Assembly (NCBI GenBank): GCA_951406725.2
Contig: OX597842.1
Location: 28,024,001-28,088,000, forward strand
Length of the DNA: 64,000 nucleotides
Reading direction: 5' to 3'
Origin: Octopus vulgaris
Lineage: Eukaryota
The notes beneath the pieces were generated by a model that was given only the letters and a program-made list of their open reading frames with translations, had not been told where the DNA came from and made no database searches. Shown in pieces: positions 51,345 to 64,000 of the stretch. Every line of letters starts with the position of its first letter. Position 1 is the stretch's first letter. A program made the translations under genes and the position numbers.

Positions 51345-51990
51345 AGTAATTTTTATTAACTTTTATAGCTTTAGAATTTTATGAACTGTACCACGGATTT
51401 AATTATTATTTTTCATCTCCATATGTGTTAGCCTTTTTTTTATAAAAAAAACTATTAGCCAAATATGTATAATATCGGTACTTATTAATATTAATATATA
51501 CACTGTTATATATTTTGTTTTATTTTGTTCTGTTTACCTTCCTTTTTGTACAAATCTGTATTATATTATATAAGTGTAGCATTATGATGTATAAGTTTTT
51601 ATATTTTACATTTTTATATTTTTATATTTATATGTATATGATTATATAATATTTTTCACTATTATAACAAATTTAATTTAATTCTCTGAAGAGGCCGTGG
51701 GGCATCCTTGTTAATGCCTCATTTATACCTGCCTTTATGGCTTATAGGTTAAATGAGGTATGACTGTCCTCACTGCCGAAACAGCTGTCAGTTTTGATTT
51801 ATTTGCATATTATATTTGAAATTTTTTACTTATATCTCTTTATCTTTTTACTATTACTGTATATCTCATTTCATTTTATATATTGCCTTTACTCATATGT
51901 AATGGTGTATTAAAGTATGGATTGAGTATCATCGGATAGTTGATGTTTTACTGATTTAAGTATGTTTCTCCATTCTCTAATTTTGTAGTA
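47895..51990 (+). mobile_element. 5'-truncated Naiad-type Penelope-like element (RT thumb, GIY-YIG endonuclease, long AT-rich 3' region with hammerhead)
   Basis: NYLDV..PYIKPN..YINRSSNHP; SQRISSLSSNEEIF; CNCRNKNKC..NQCLRKEVVYQC..VYIGAT..KQRW..STGLSAYIWELK..CSLCINE. Several frameshifts. Confidence 0.85.
51684..51791 (+). ncRNA. Type I hammerhead ribozyme with extended helix II (Penelope pLTR)
   Basis: CT-CTGAAGA-GGC[~80-nt hairpin]GCC-GAA-ACAGCTGT-C-AG. Palindromic helix III and GUC cleavage triplet. Confidence 0.7.
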
Positions 51991-51997
51991 TTATATG

Positions 51998-52039
<42 letters not shown>

Positions 52040-52041
<2 letters not shown>

Positions 52042-52680
52042 CACCTAGCGATGTTAGTCAAATCAGAATTCGGACACCATGTCCCACCCAAATAGCCATT
52101 TATAGTTTACAGAGACATATGTTGGTGAACGAAGTTTATTCGGGATTTTCCTAAGGAAATTTTCCAGAGACTTCTTGAACTTTATGGGGTCTGTTTCTGC
52201 TTTAATGTGTTTTGATATTATGTTAAAGAGAGTGGGGCCATTTGATGTGAAACAATTGTGCCAAATTGTTATTATGAGATGCAAGTGGGATTTATGTGGT
52301 TGGTCGATCGCATGGGGCAGAAGTCTTGGGTGTATCTTAAAGGAGATGCCAGGATCATTCGGGAACTGCTGCTGGAATATTTTCAACATCATGCAGATGA
52401 TACAGCGCTCGTGACGACATTGAAGAGAATAAAGCTTCAGCTTTTCTAGTCGACGACTCAAATGGTCAAGGACTGTCATTTTTGTAATTGACCTTTGGGG
52501 TGCTTCAAGTTTCATGGGAATTTGTTCTGTGAGGGTAGACCACAGTGGACAACTGTATTGAATAAGGGGTCAGGCAAAAGTGGAGAAGAGAAGGATAATG
52601 GTGAGGACATCAGGATATCTCTCGACTGGAAAGTTCTGAGAATCCAGGAACACATTCTGCTAACCATGTTAACTTTGCTG
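52040..52680 (-). mobile_element. CR1-type LINE 3' fragment
   Basis: KLEAPQRSITK..RLEKLKLYSLQCRHER..NGPTLFN..KFKKSLENFL. Confidence 0.75.
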
Positions 52681-52834
52681 TGTATATGAGCCGCCCACCT
52701 TCTATATATATGTATATCTATCTGTCCATCTGTGTGTCAATCTACGTATCTATCTATGTATATATATATATATATATACACATATATATACTCACATACA
52801 TACACCTATATATAGATATACATGTAAATATATG

Positions 52835-52923
<89 letters not shown>

Positions 52924-53325
52924 AATATACATGTATATAAGTATTATATACACTCATCCAAATGTATGCCTGTGTCTGCCTTTTCTTTAATTTGTTAAAA
53001 TCATTGTCCGATATTTTTTAGTTGTTGCGTTGTTATATCTCTCTATGTTTTATTGCACCCACCCTCTGCCTGTCTGTCTGCCTCTCTCTCCCTGCCCGCC
53101 CTCTCACTCTTAGTCTCTCCCTCTCAATTTCATAGTTAAGTCACGTTGCCGCTTTACTTAGGAAGTTAAATATTTAGAGGAGAAAAAGATTAGATTTCTA
53201 TTCAATAATGAATATGGTTCAATTTCGTAAGATTTGTTCAACTACACCCTAGCTGGAGCATTTTAGATCATAAAACATATATATGCATATATATATACAC
53301 ACACACATAAATATGAATGTATATG

Positions 53326-53384
<59 letters not shown>

Positions 53385-53408
53385 CACACACACATAAATA
53401 TATGTATA

Positions 53409-53468
<60 letters not shown>

Positions 53469-53595
53469 CATACATGCACACATATTTGTGCATATATATA
53501 TGTGTGTGTGTGTTTATATATAATTATTTCATATATATATTGAGTGTATATATACATATATTATGTACGTATATGTATATATATATATCTATATC

Positions 53596-53665
<70 letters not shown>

Positions 53666-53668
<3 letters not shown>

Positions 53669-54192
53669 TCATCATCATCATCATCATCGTTAAACGTCCG
53701 TTTTCCGCGCAAGCATGGGTTGGACGGTTCAACCGGGTTTGGGGAGCTAGGGGCTGCCCCAGGCTCCAGTCTGATCTGGCAGTGTTTCTACAGCTGGATG
53801 CCCTTCCTAACGCCAACCACTCCGCGAGTGTAGTGGGTGCTTTTTACGTGCCACCTGCACAGGTGCCAGAGGGGTCTGGCATCGGCCACGATCGGTTGGT
53901 GCTTTATTATGTGCCACTGGCACAGAAGCCAGTGAAGGCGGTGCTGGCATCGGCCATGTTCGGATGGTGCTTTTTAATGTGCCACCGGCACAGAAACCAG
54001 TCAAGTTGGTGCTGGCATCGGCCACGTTCGGATGGTGCTTTTTATGTGTCACCGGCACAGGTATCACAACTACTGTTTTCATTGATGTTGGTTCGATGTT
54101 CATGTACATGCACTTGACTCAACAGGTCTCCTCAAACACAGCGAGATGTTCCGGGATCCAACGATCGGTTGGTGCTTTTTATGTGCCACCGG

Positions 54193-54195
<3 letters not shown>
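53666..54195 (-). mobile_element. RTE-family 3' UTR/tail copy with ~60-bp repeats
   Basis: (CAT)n, gctggatgcccttcctaacgccaaccactccgcgagtgtagtggg and ggtgcttt..gtgccac repeats. Confidence 0.8.
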
Positions 54196-54228
<33 letters not shown>

Positions 54229-54233
54229 TAGAT

Positions 54234-54266
<33 letters not shown>

Positions 54267-54290
54267 CATAGGTATATATAGATTCTATGC

Positions 54291-54327
<37 letters not shown>

Positions 54328-54420
54328 GGTCCCGGGTTGAGTCGGGGTTAACCACAGTACATAAGGTACTCAATACATAGCAGAGTAAATTAATTTATTT
54401 TATAGAAGGAGCTTCTACAG

Positions 54421-54462
54421 GACTAGAACTGTTTCATTCAAAAGAAATCATCAGGAAGCTAG
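54421..54462 (-). ncRNA. Degenerate hammerhead-like motif (orphan pLTR remnant)
   Basis: Reverse complement CTGATGA-TTTCTTTTGAAT-GAAACAGTT; helices I and III are weak. Confidence 0.35.
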
Positions 54463-54678
54463 GTAACAAGAATAGTTTCGGCATTTATACATTTAGGCAG
54501 ATTTAAAGGGGTGGTGGTGGGGGACTTTTTGGGGTAGGCATGGCGCAAACTATCATTCTTAGGGGAGTGGTCAAAGGAATTAGTGATAAAGTAGATAAAA
54601 GAATAAATAGAATAATAGGGTTTTAGGTAAATAAGGAGACTCTCACTTATACACATATATACACATATATATAAACGT

Positions 54679-54733
<55 letters not shown>

Positions 54734-54758
54734 TACATACATATATACATATATATAT

Positions 54759-54823
<65 letters not shown>

Positions 54824-54848
54824 TACATACATATATACATATATATAT

Positions 54849-54918
<70 letters not shown>

Positions 54919-55536
54919 CATATATGAATATACACATATACATACACATACACACACATATCCATATACACATGTACATATGCACCCATTTACATACATC
55001 TACGTACACACCAATACCCATACTCATACATACACTCATATCCCTACACACTTATATCTAAAAATAAATATAAATATAAATACAAATACAAATATAAAGG
55101 GGGATATACACCCCCATACATACACGCTCATATATCTATACATACCCACACTTTGACCTCGACCCAACAGGCCAGCTCTCCCAAGGGAGCTAGCTTAGCC
55201 AGCCTAAAGACACCATTTATTGCTCCTTTCCCTTCCTTTCTATCTTTCTTCACACTGATACGAACACAAACACTCACAGACGCACACACACACACACACG
55301 CACACTCATTCACATACACAAACGCACGTGTTATATTCATACATACATAAGTGTACCGACTTTCACATAAACGTACACATAACTATGTACACACAAAAAA
55401 CCCACATACGCACGCACATACCTACATATACATACACATATATACTTACACCAGTCATATACAAACCTACATACACATACATACATATACACGTATATAT
55501 ACTCACACATATATACACATACACCTATATACACAC

Positions 55537-55571
<35 letters not shown>

Positions 55572-56037
55572 CATACACATACATGTACATACACACACAT
55601 CTACATACACATACATATACATCCGTACGCACACCCTATTACATACATACATCCACACAGAGGTATACAGGCATCTACACACATACACATACATACACAT
55701 ATATATACATATACCCCTGCGCGCCTACACGGACCCCTTGTACCTTGGATACCAATTCCCGGATTTTTGCACCTACGGATTACTTTTACCAGTCGTCTGG
55801 ACCTACGGATTACCTGCTACCTTTTTTCCGGAGTACTGCTACTATCGTGATTGAAAATCATTATTTAATCTGTCCGTTGACTCTCTTAACTCTTTCCTAA
55901 TTTTTTTCTACTTTTTTCTACTTTGTTCTATTGTTTTCAAACTATCTTCCCCTTTTGCTTTTTTTATCTTCCTTTTGTCTCTCCTTTTTTCTGTATCGCC
56001 ACCACCCACATTTACCTGTTTGCCACCACTTCTCATC

Positions 56038-58886
56038 ATGCCTGACTTGCACTCGTTCGTCCAACACCTTCAATCCCTCCTTAGCCGCTTTCTCGCGTTC
56101 TACCCCCCACAATGTTCCGCACCTGCTAAAAAACTTTCCCGCTTGCTTTTTAAGAAAACTCGCCTTTCCAGCCATCTCTCCTTTCTCAGCCGTTGCCTCC
56201 GCCATCATGTCACACCCCGCGGTTTCCTCTTGAAGTTCCACGCTACCCCCTATTCCTCCCCCTTCATCGAACCCACCCTCGCTCGTACCTCCCGCTCCCT
56301 CCTCCGCGCCACCATCCGCTCCACCCGCCCTCTCCTTGACTCCCTCGACCATCAACTTCCCCAGGCCTACCTCCTTCTCTCCGCCCTCTGCCCTCCACTC
56401 TTCACCCAACCTATCCTCCGCTTCATTCTTAATCTCAACCACCAACTCCACAACTTCCTCACACACACAAAAAACAAAAAACTCCAGCACCTCCTCAACC
56501 CCTCACCCCCTTCCCGGTCCTCCCCCACTGCTCCCCCAAACCCCTCTTTCGTACCTACCCCCTCCCCCTCCCACGGACCCACACCGTGACCTTCCTACGC
56601 CTAACCCATCTTCACCCAACCACCCCTACCCTCCCCTTCACACCCCTGCATCCCCTCTGCCTGACCCTAGTCCTCCCACCACCCCGCTTCCTCGCGCTGT
56701 TGTCACTATACCCCAACCTCCCCCTCTCCGCCGCCGAGCGTTCTCTCCTCAGTAAGGGTCTCCGCTTCACGCCACTCACGCGCCACTGTGATGAGTTCGA
56801 GACTCGGGCTGACGTCAACCTGTTCCTGCGCCGCCTCAAACTTTGCGCATACTACCACGCGTCCCCGCAGCGTCACAACAATCAGGATTGCCTTGTGGAG
56901 CTGGGGCGTCGTCCATCCCACTGGACGCCGCCCCCAGGCCTATTCAGTAGCCTAGATTCGTTTGTACATGACTGCAACGCGTTGGTCCACCGGTTCAACT
57001 TTGAACCACGTCCCCGCCGAACCAACCTCACTCGGGCCGAATCCATTGCCCTTCGCCACCTCCGCCGCCGTGATGACATCGTCATCAAGCCGGCGGACAA
57101 AGGCGGGGCAGTGGTAGTGTGGCGCGCGGACCTATACAGGGAGGAAGCGCTCAACCAGCTTCAAAATCCCCTCTTCTATCACCTCCTCCCCTCCGATCCC
57201 ACCTCCTCCTACCAACAGCGAGTTTCCTCCACCATCCGCGACCTCATCTTCTCTTCTGCTCTCCCCTCCACCGCCACCAACCTCATCGTCCGCACACCCC
57301 GCACCTCCACCATCTACTTCCTTCCCAAGATCCATAAACCCTCTAATCCGGGCCGTCCCATAGTCTCTGCCTGTAATTGCCCCACTGAACTCATTTCCCT
57401 ATACCTCGACCGCATCCTGTCCCCCCTAGTCGCAGGCCTCCCATCCCACATACACGATACCAACCACGCCCTCCGTCTCTTCAATTCCTTTTCCTTCCCT
57501 TCCAGCCCCTCACACCTCCTCTTCACATTAGATGTAAAATCCCTGTACACTGTGATTCCCAACAATGACGGTCTCCTAGCCCTCCAACACTTCCTCGACC
57601 GTCGTCCCGACCCCACCCCTAGCACCCCCACCCTCCTCCGCTTGGCCGAGCTCGTCCTCACCCTCAACTGTTTCACGGTTCGCCGGGGAAACGTACCAAC
57701 AGGTGTCCGGGGTCGCGATGGGAAGTATGATGGGCCCCAATTTCGCCAATCTCTTTCTTGGCTACATTGAGGCCCAAGTATTCTCCCAGTTCTCCGGGCC
57801 GACCCCCGAACTATACGGTCGCTATATAGACGACTGCATAGGTGCCACCTCTCTTTCCCGCGAACTCCTCTGCCAATTCATCTCTTTCCTTTCCAACTTT
57901 CACCCCTCCCTTCAATTCACATCCACCATCTCCAACACCTCTGTCAACTTCCTCGACATCTCTCTCCGAATCGACCACCCCTCCAACTCTCTCACCACCT
58001 CCGCCTTCTTTAAACCTACGGATTCCCACCTCTATCTCAACTTCTCCTCCTCCCACCCCTTCCACACCAAACGAGCCATCCCCTACTCCCAGTTCCTCCG
58101 CCTCCGACGTTTGTGCAGCCGCGACCAGGATTTCGAGACCCAATCTCAATACCTGGCCCGCCTGTTCAGACTCCGAGGTTACCCACCCATACTCATCTCT
58201 AATGCTCTCACCCGCGCCCGACGCATCGACCGCACCACCGCCCTGTCTCCTTCCCCCCATCCACCCCCCAACCGCACCCCTTCCCCCTCCTTTTCCACCC
58301 CTCTACCCTACCCCTTCGTCGCAAGATACTACGTGCCTTCCGTCGCCTCCAGCTTGATCCCACAACCCGCCCCATTTTCCCTAACCCACCCCTGTCCTCC
58401 TTCAAGCGAGCCCGTAATCTACGGGACCTCCTGGTCCACAGCACCCTCTCTCCTTCCCCCTCAGCCCCACACGGATCATTCCCTTGCTCTAGATCCCGCT
58501 GCAACACTTGCCCCTTCATCACCAACACCACTGCTGTCACCGGCTCCAACCGGCGCACTGTACGTATTAGGCACTCTTTTACGTGCACCTCGTCTGGCCT
58601 CATTTACTGCATTAAATGCAACCTATGCGGGATGCTGTATGTAGGACAGACGGGACGCCGGTTGTCCGATCGATTCACAGAACATTTGAGGGACGTTCGC
58701 CTACACTCCCTTTCTCCTATCGCACGCCACTTCCGCTCGGCCTGCCATTCCCTAGATGACATCTCAGTGTTTGGTCTCGCCCCCCACAATGGCCGTCCTC
58801 TTTCTAGGCTCCACTTGGAGCAACGCTACATCTTCACCCTACAAACCACTACCCCACACGGACTTAACACAGCCCCCTCCTCCTAG
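56038..58886 (+). mobile_element. Near full-length Neptune-type Penelope-like retroelement ORF (RT + Cys linker + GIY-YIG), about 3 frameshifts
   Basis: HLSFLSRC..TPRG N-terminus; IKPADKGGAVVVW; PKIHKP..GRPIVS; DVKSLYT; GVAMGS; RYIDD; PCSRSRCNTC; IYCIKC..CGMLYVGQTGR..RFTEH; HGLN*. Confidence 0.93.
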
Positions 58887-58899
58887 TTTTTTTTTTTCA

Positions 58900-61850
58900 G
58901 ATAAACACCCCCCCCCCCCCACACACACACATACCTACATCCCACACGCCTGTTCAAACACACACATACGGATACACATCTACGTACACGCATTCATACA
59001 TCTAATCACACATACTTACAGACACACATGCACACACTAACATACAAACCAACACGCACATACATACACACATACACACATACACACACACATACATACT
59101 TACACACACACACACAGACATACATACATACATACACACACACATACATACGTACACACATACACACACACACACACACACATCGCACATACGTACTTCA
59201 CACACCTATACTTACATACACACACACACATGCACACATACATGTACGCACACACACATACATACACACATACCCACACATGTACACCTTTACACGAATG
59301 CACACACACATACACCTATTCGCACCCAGGCAGCCCACCCCCCTTTTTTCTGCTTTCTAGTTTTGGTTGATGGATCCTCGGTTCCCGTGGAGCGGGTTGT
59401 TCGGGGGCCCTCGCGCGCGCACGCCTTGGCGCGTGACGGTTGGTCGGCCCCATGGGCTTGCGTTGTATTGTTTGTGTGTTGTGTGTGCGAGCGCGCTTCG
59501 TGTGTGTGGGCGTGCTTCGGTTGTGTGCGTGCGTATGTGTACATACATACCCACATACACGCATGCATCCCTACCCACACACATACACGCACACCTACTC
59601 ACACACACACTTACACACACACATACACACACATACCTGCGCACACACACACATACCTACTTCAGACATACACACACACACACATACCTACTTCAGACAT
59701 ACACACACACAGACATACACCCATACACTCACACCCACACGCATACACACACACATACACACGCACACACACACACACCCACATACATACATACATTACA
59801 CTTGTACACACACACACTTACATTCATACACACACACACCTCACACATACATACACACACATACCTACTTCAGACATACACACACACAGACATACACCCA
59901 TACACTCACACTCACACGCATACACACGCACACACATACACACACGCACACATACACACACACACACCTACATACATACATTACACTTGTACACACACAC
60001 ACTTACATTCATACACACACACACCTACAGAGCCATAGCTTCACTCATACATACACACATACCTACACACACACACAAACACTCACAGACACACACCCAT
60101 ACATGCATACACCTATACACACACGCCTACACACATACATAAACACATACATAAACACACACACACACATACACATACATACGCACACACACATATACTT
60201 ACACACATGCACACACACACATACATACATACACCCACACACACATACTTACATACTCCTATACGCACATACATACACACATACACACTCACACATACAT
60301 ACACACACACATACTTACACACACACTCGCCTGCACGCGCACACACATGCATGACAAACACCCATACACTCACACTCACATACACACACACCAACATATA
60401 CACGCACACGCACACACATACACACACACACACACGCCTACACACCTACATACACACACATGCATACACACATATACACGGACACACCCATACATACTTA
60501 CATACATACACCTATACACACACGCCTACACACCTACATACACACACATGCACACACACACACACATACGCACACGCATGCATGCACGCACACGTGCACA
60601 CCTACACGCATGTACGCATACATGCACACACACACACACACGCACGTACACATACATACATACACACACACATACATACACCCATACACATACATGCATC
60701 CTACACACACAGACATACACACTCACACACCTGCATGTACGCGCACACACATGCACATACACACACACTTCCACACACACACACTCATACACACACACAC
60801 ACACACGACATACATCTATACACACACACATACACATCACACACACACACACACACGGACATACATCTATACACACACATATACACACACACATACTTAC
60901 ATACATTCATCGGACACACTGACACTCAGACTTACACACAGACACACTCACACATGCACACAAATACATACTCACACACGCAATCGCAGGCGCGCGCACA
61001 TGCACGCTTGTGCGCGTTCGCGCACGCATACACGCACGCTTGCACAACGCTCATGTTTGACCGACCGGATCTCCTGTCCGTATCTGGGGCCGGCGCGTTG
61101 TCTTTGGGTTCTCCCACGCCTGTCGCCGCGGGACCACTCTTCCATCTTCCCCCTCCTCTCCCCCCCCCCCCCTTCGCTGCAGTTCTTTTTCCCTTAAACC
61201 CCCCCTTTTGTACACACACGCACACACATACACACACCCACTCACACACACACATTTGCATATATATATACACATTACACTTACACACACTTCAAATTTA
61301 CTTGCCACACACACAACTACGCACGCTGGACATATACACACACTACCACTCAACACACACACTGGCACGTTACATACGCCCCCACCCTTTCCCGCCCCGC
61401 ACGCACTAACATATACATATTTTCTGGTTTTTTTATCACGCCTCACACACACATACACACACGCACACGCACACACTCACACATACATACACACGCACAC
61501 ACACATACCTCCCTGTTTCTGATCTGCCTTTCCGACTTGCTAGGGTACCCTCACACCACTCCTTTAATTCTACTACTGCCCGCTACAAGCCATTGTCCAC
61601 CATACACACACATATACACACGCACACATTCACACATACATACACACGCACACACACATACCTCCCTGCTTCTGATCTGCCTTTCTGACTTGCTAGGGTA
61701 CCTCCACACCACTCCTTTAATTCTACTACTGCCCGCTACTAGCCATTGTCCACCATACACACACACGCACACTCACACACACACACGCACACTCACACAC
61801 ACACACCGTCATCTCGCAACACCTTTTTTACCATTCCCTCATTGATTCAG
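58900..61850. repeat. Long (CA)/(CATA)-rich low-complexity tract with internal tandem blocks (Neptune 3' region)
   Basis: About 3 kb of degenerate CA repeats; 61517-61610 is duplicated at 61668-61760. Confidence 0.85.
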
Positions 61851-61988
61851 CTCTCCTGTTTTTAAGAAACATTTTCCTCCTTTTTTACTACTTCCGTCTT
61901 TTCAGTATGTGACCTCGTGAAGACGACCTGCAATTTTTTTTTCCTCTGTCCTCCCGTCTCGGGATCTTTCTTTCTTTGTCTTATGTTT

Positions 61989-62015
61989 CCGACGAAGAGC
62001 TCCGCTCGAAACGTC
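61989..62015 (+). ncRNA. Minimal hammerhead-like motif in the Neptune 3' pLTR (U4C variant)
   Basis: CCGACGA-AGAGC-TCC-GCTC-GAA-ACGT-C. Confidence 0.5.
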
Positions 62016-62111
62016 ATACCCTCCTTCTTCCATTTTCCTGAGCGCCTAATAATAATAATACTGTAATTGTTCCACGTGTTGTTGTTTTTTCTGTTTTCCC
62101 GTTTGGATTAT

Positions 62112-62151
<40 letters not shown>

Positions 62152-62509
62152 CGAACGCACACAAAAACACATATATACACATATATATACACCAACACAC
62201 ATACGCATACATAAATGTATACATATGTATATACATATGCATACACATACACACACACGCGCATCTATATATACATAAACACATACATGCATACAAACAT
62301 ATACATATATACATACATGCATACTCGAATAATAAATATAAGTATATATGTACGTGCAATTACCTATCATACAGAAGGATACATACATATAAACATATAA
62401 ACAGACACATATATACCTATTTACACAAATGTATATATACATACATACATACATACACATACACATAAAACTACATACCTACATATACATAAACACACCG
62501 GCGTACATG

Positions 62510-62550
<41 letters not shown>

Positions 62551-62962
62551 CCACATACATACACATACACATACATACACATACACACACATATACATAC
62601 ATATACATGTATGTAAATACATGCACACATACATATATACACACACATATACACATACACACATATATATATATATATATACATATATACACACATGTAT
62701 ATATATATATATATATATATAATAAATATTAGGGAATGAATCCAAAATTACAGGGAAAAATCAGATTTAGGGTTAAATCCAAATTTATAGTAAAATATTA
62801 TATAATATAATTCGAGACAAAACCACTATTTTAAAACCAAACAAGGAAAGACTTAATCAATACATAAAATTTTAATATAAATTAAATAAACCGCCATCTT
62901 CAGGTGGATTTTCGATCTTCTAATCAGTATCAAAATTTGATACTGATTAGAAGATCGAAAAT

Positions 62963-63006
62963 CCACCTGAAGATTGTCGGTAGCAGACATGAAACATTTG
63001 TAGTGG
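62963..63006 (+). ncRNA. Minimal type I hammerhead ribozyme
   Basis: CCAC-CTGAAGA-TTGTC-GGTAGCA-GACAT-GAA-ACATTTGT-A-GTGG. Helix I CCAC/GTGG; GUA triplet. Confidence 0.75.
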
Positions 63007-63089
63007 CGGTTTATTTAATTTATATTAAAATTTTATGTATTGATTAAGTCTTTCCTTGTTTGGTTTTAAAATAGTGGTTTTGTTTCGAA

Positions 63090-63152
<63 letters not shown>

Positions 63153-63364
63153 ACACATACACATACCTATACATACACACACATCTACATACACATACAT
63201 ATACATCCGTACGCACACCCTTATACATACATCCACACCGAGGAATACAGGCATATACACACATACACATACACACACACATATATATAAACACATATAC
63301 ATACATATATACATATACATACATCTGCTGCATATATATATACCTATTGACTATATATATATAC

Positions 63365-63434
<70 letters not shown>

Positions 63435-63919
63435 ATGTTTATATGTATGTATCCGTCTGTATAATGGGTAACTGCATGTATATATATTTATTATTTATTA
63501 TTTATTATTTATTATTTGAGTATGATTGTATGTATATATGTATATGTTTGTATGCATGTATGTATTTATGTATATAAGGATGCGCGTGTGTATATATAGA
63601 TGCACGTGTGTGTGTATGTGTATGCATGTGTGTATGTATATGTATGTGTATATATGTATATATATACATGTGTGTATATATAAATGTGTATGCGTATGTA
63701 TATGTGTATGGGTATATATGTGTATATGCATGTATGTATGTGTATGTGTGTATATGTAAGGACTTGTTGGTTTTTTTTATATATGTAGATAGATGTGTGT
63801 GCGTGTGTTTTTGTATGTGCTTGTGTATATATACGTGTATGTATATGTATAGATATATGGATGTATGGGTATGTAGCTATGTATATGACTTCATAATTTG
63901 AAACTGACTTATTGGAAGT

Positions 63920-63962
63920 CCACCTGAAGATTGTCGATCAAGACAAGAAACAATTGTAGTGG
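63920..63962 (+). ncRNA. Minimal type I hammerhead ribozyme (second direct copy)
   Basis: CCAC-CTGAAGA-TTGTC-GATCAA-GACAA-GAA-ACAATTGT-A-GTGG. Perfect helix II, palindromic helix III. Confidence 0.8.
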
Positions 63963-64000
63963 CGGTTTTTTTGACTATTTATTAAAATTTTATGTATTGA

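Noticed and set aside
59360-59540. GC-rich islands inside the CA tract (also 61050-61200)
   Set aside because: No recognisable motif or ORF; could be low-quality consensus sequence.
59000-61500. Long His/Thr-rich ORFs (also YIYI/CVCV ORFs at 3879-4603, 33778-34194, 53249-55900, 62046-63901)
   Set aside because: Translations of (CA)n/(TA)n microsatellites.

Overview
Eukaryotic, AT-rich, microsatellite- and TE-dense genomic DNA. The SINE/RTE repertoire and (TA)n/(CA)n load suggest a coleoid cephalopod such as Octopus (inference). One spliced host gene can be built by hand on the minus strand (ATG 33661 to TGA 9669; 10 coding exons, all GT-AG). It encodes MIB2-like ankyrin repeats, a C3HC4-type RING and a C-terminal death domain. 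Its ankyrin region contains a ~3.0-kb tandem duplication of a frame-symmetric two-exon cassette. The introns of the two copies are near-identical, but the exons differ almost only by amino-acid-changing substitutions at ankyrin ligand-contact positions. This makes the gene a candidate diversifying 'natural DARPin' intracellular receptor. One duplicated exon is frameshifted; skipping one cassette gives an intact 406-aa ORF. The rest of the window is mobile DNA: a Tx1/L1 3' end, RTE, CR1, R4/Dong and Helitron remnants, tRNA-SINEs, foldback MITEs with 8-bp TSDs, Naiad- and Neptune-type Penelope-like elements, several hammerhead ribozyme motifs (including a tandem retrozyme-like pair), and a U2 snRNA fragment. 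All calls are by eye; no database searches were run.
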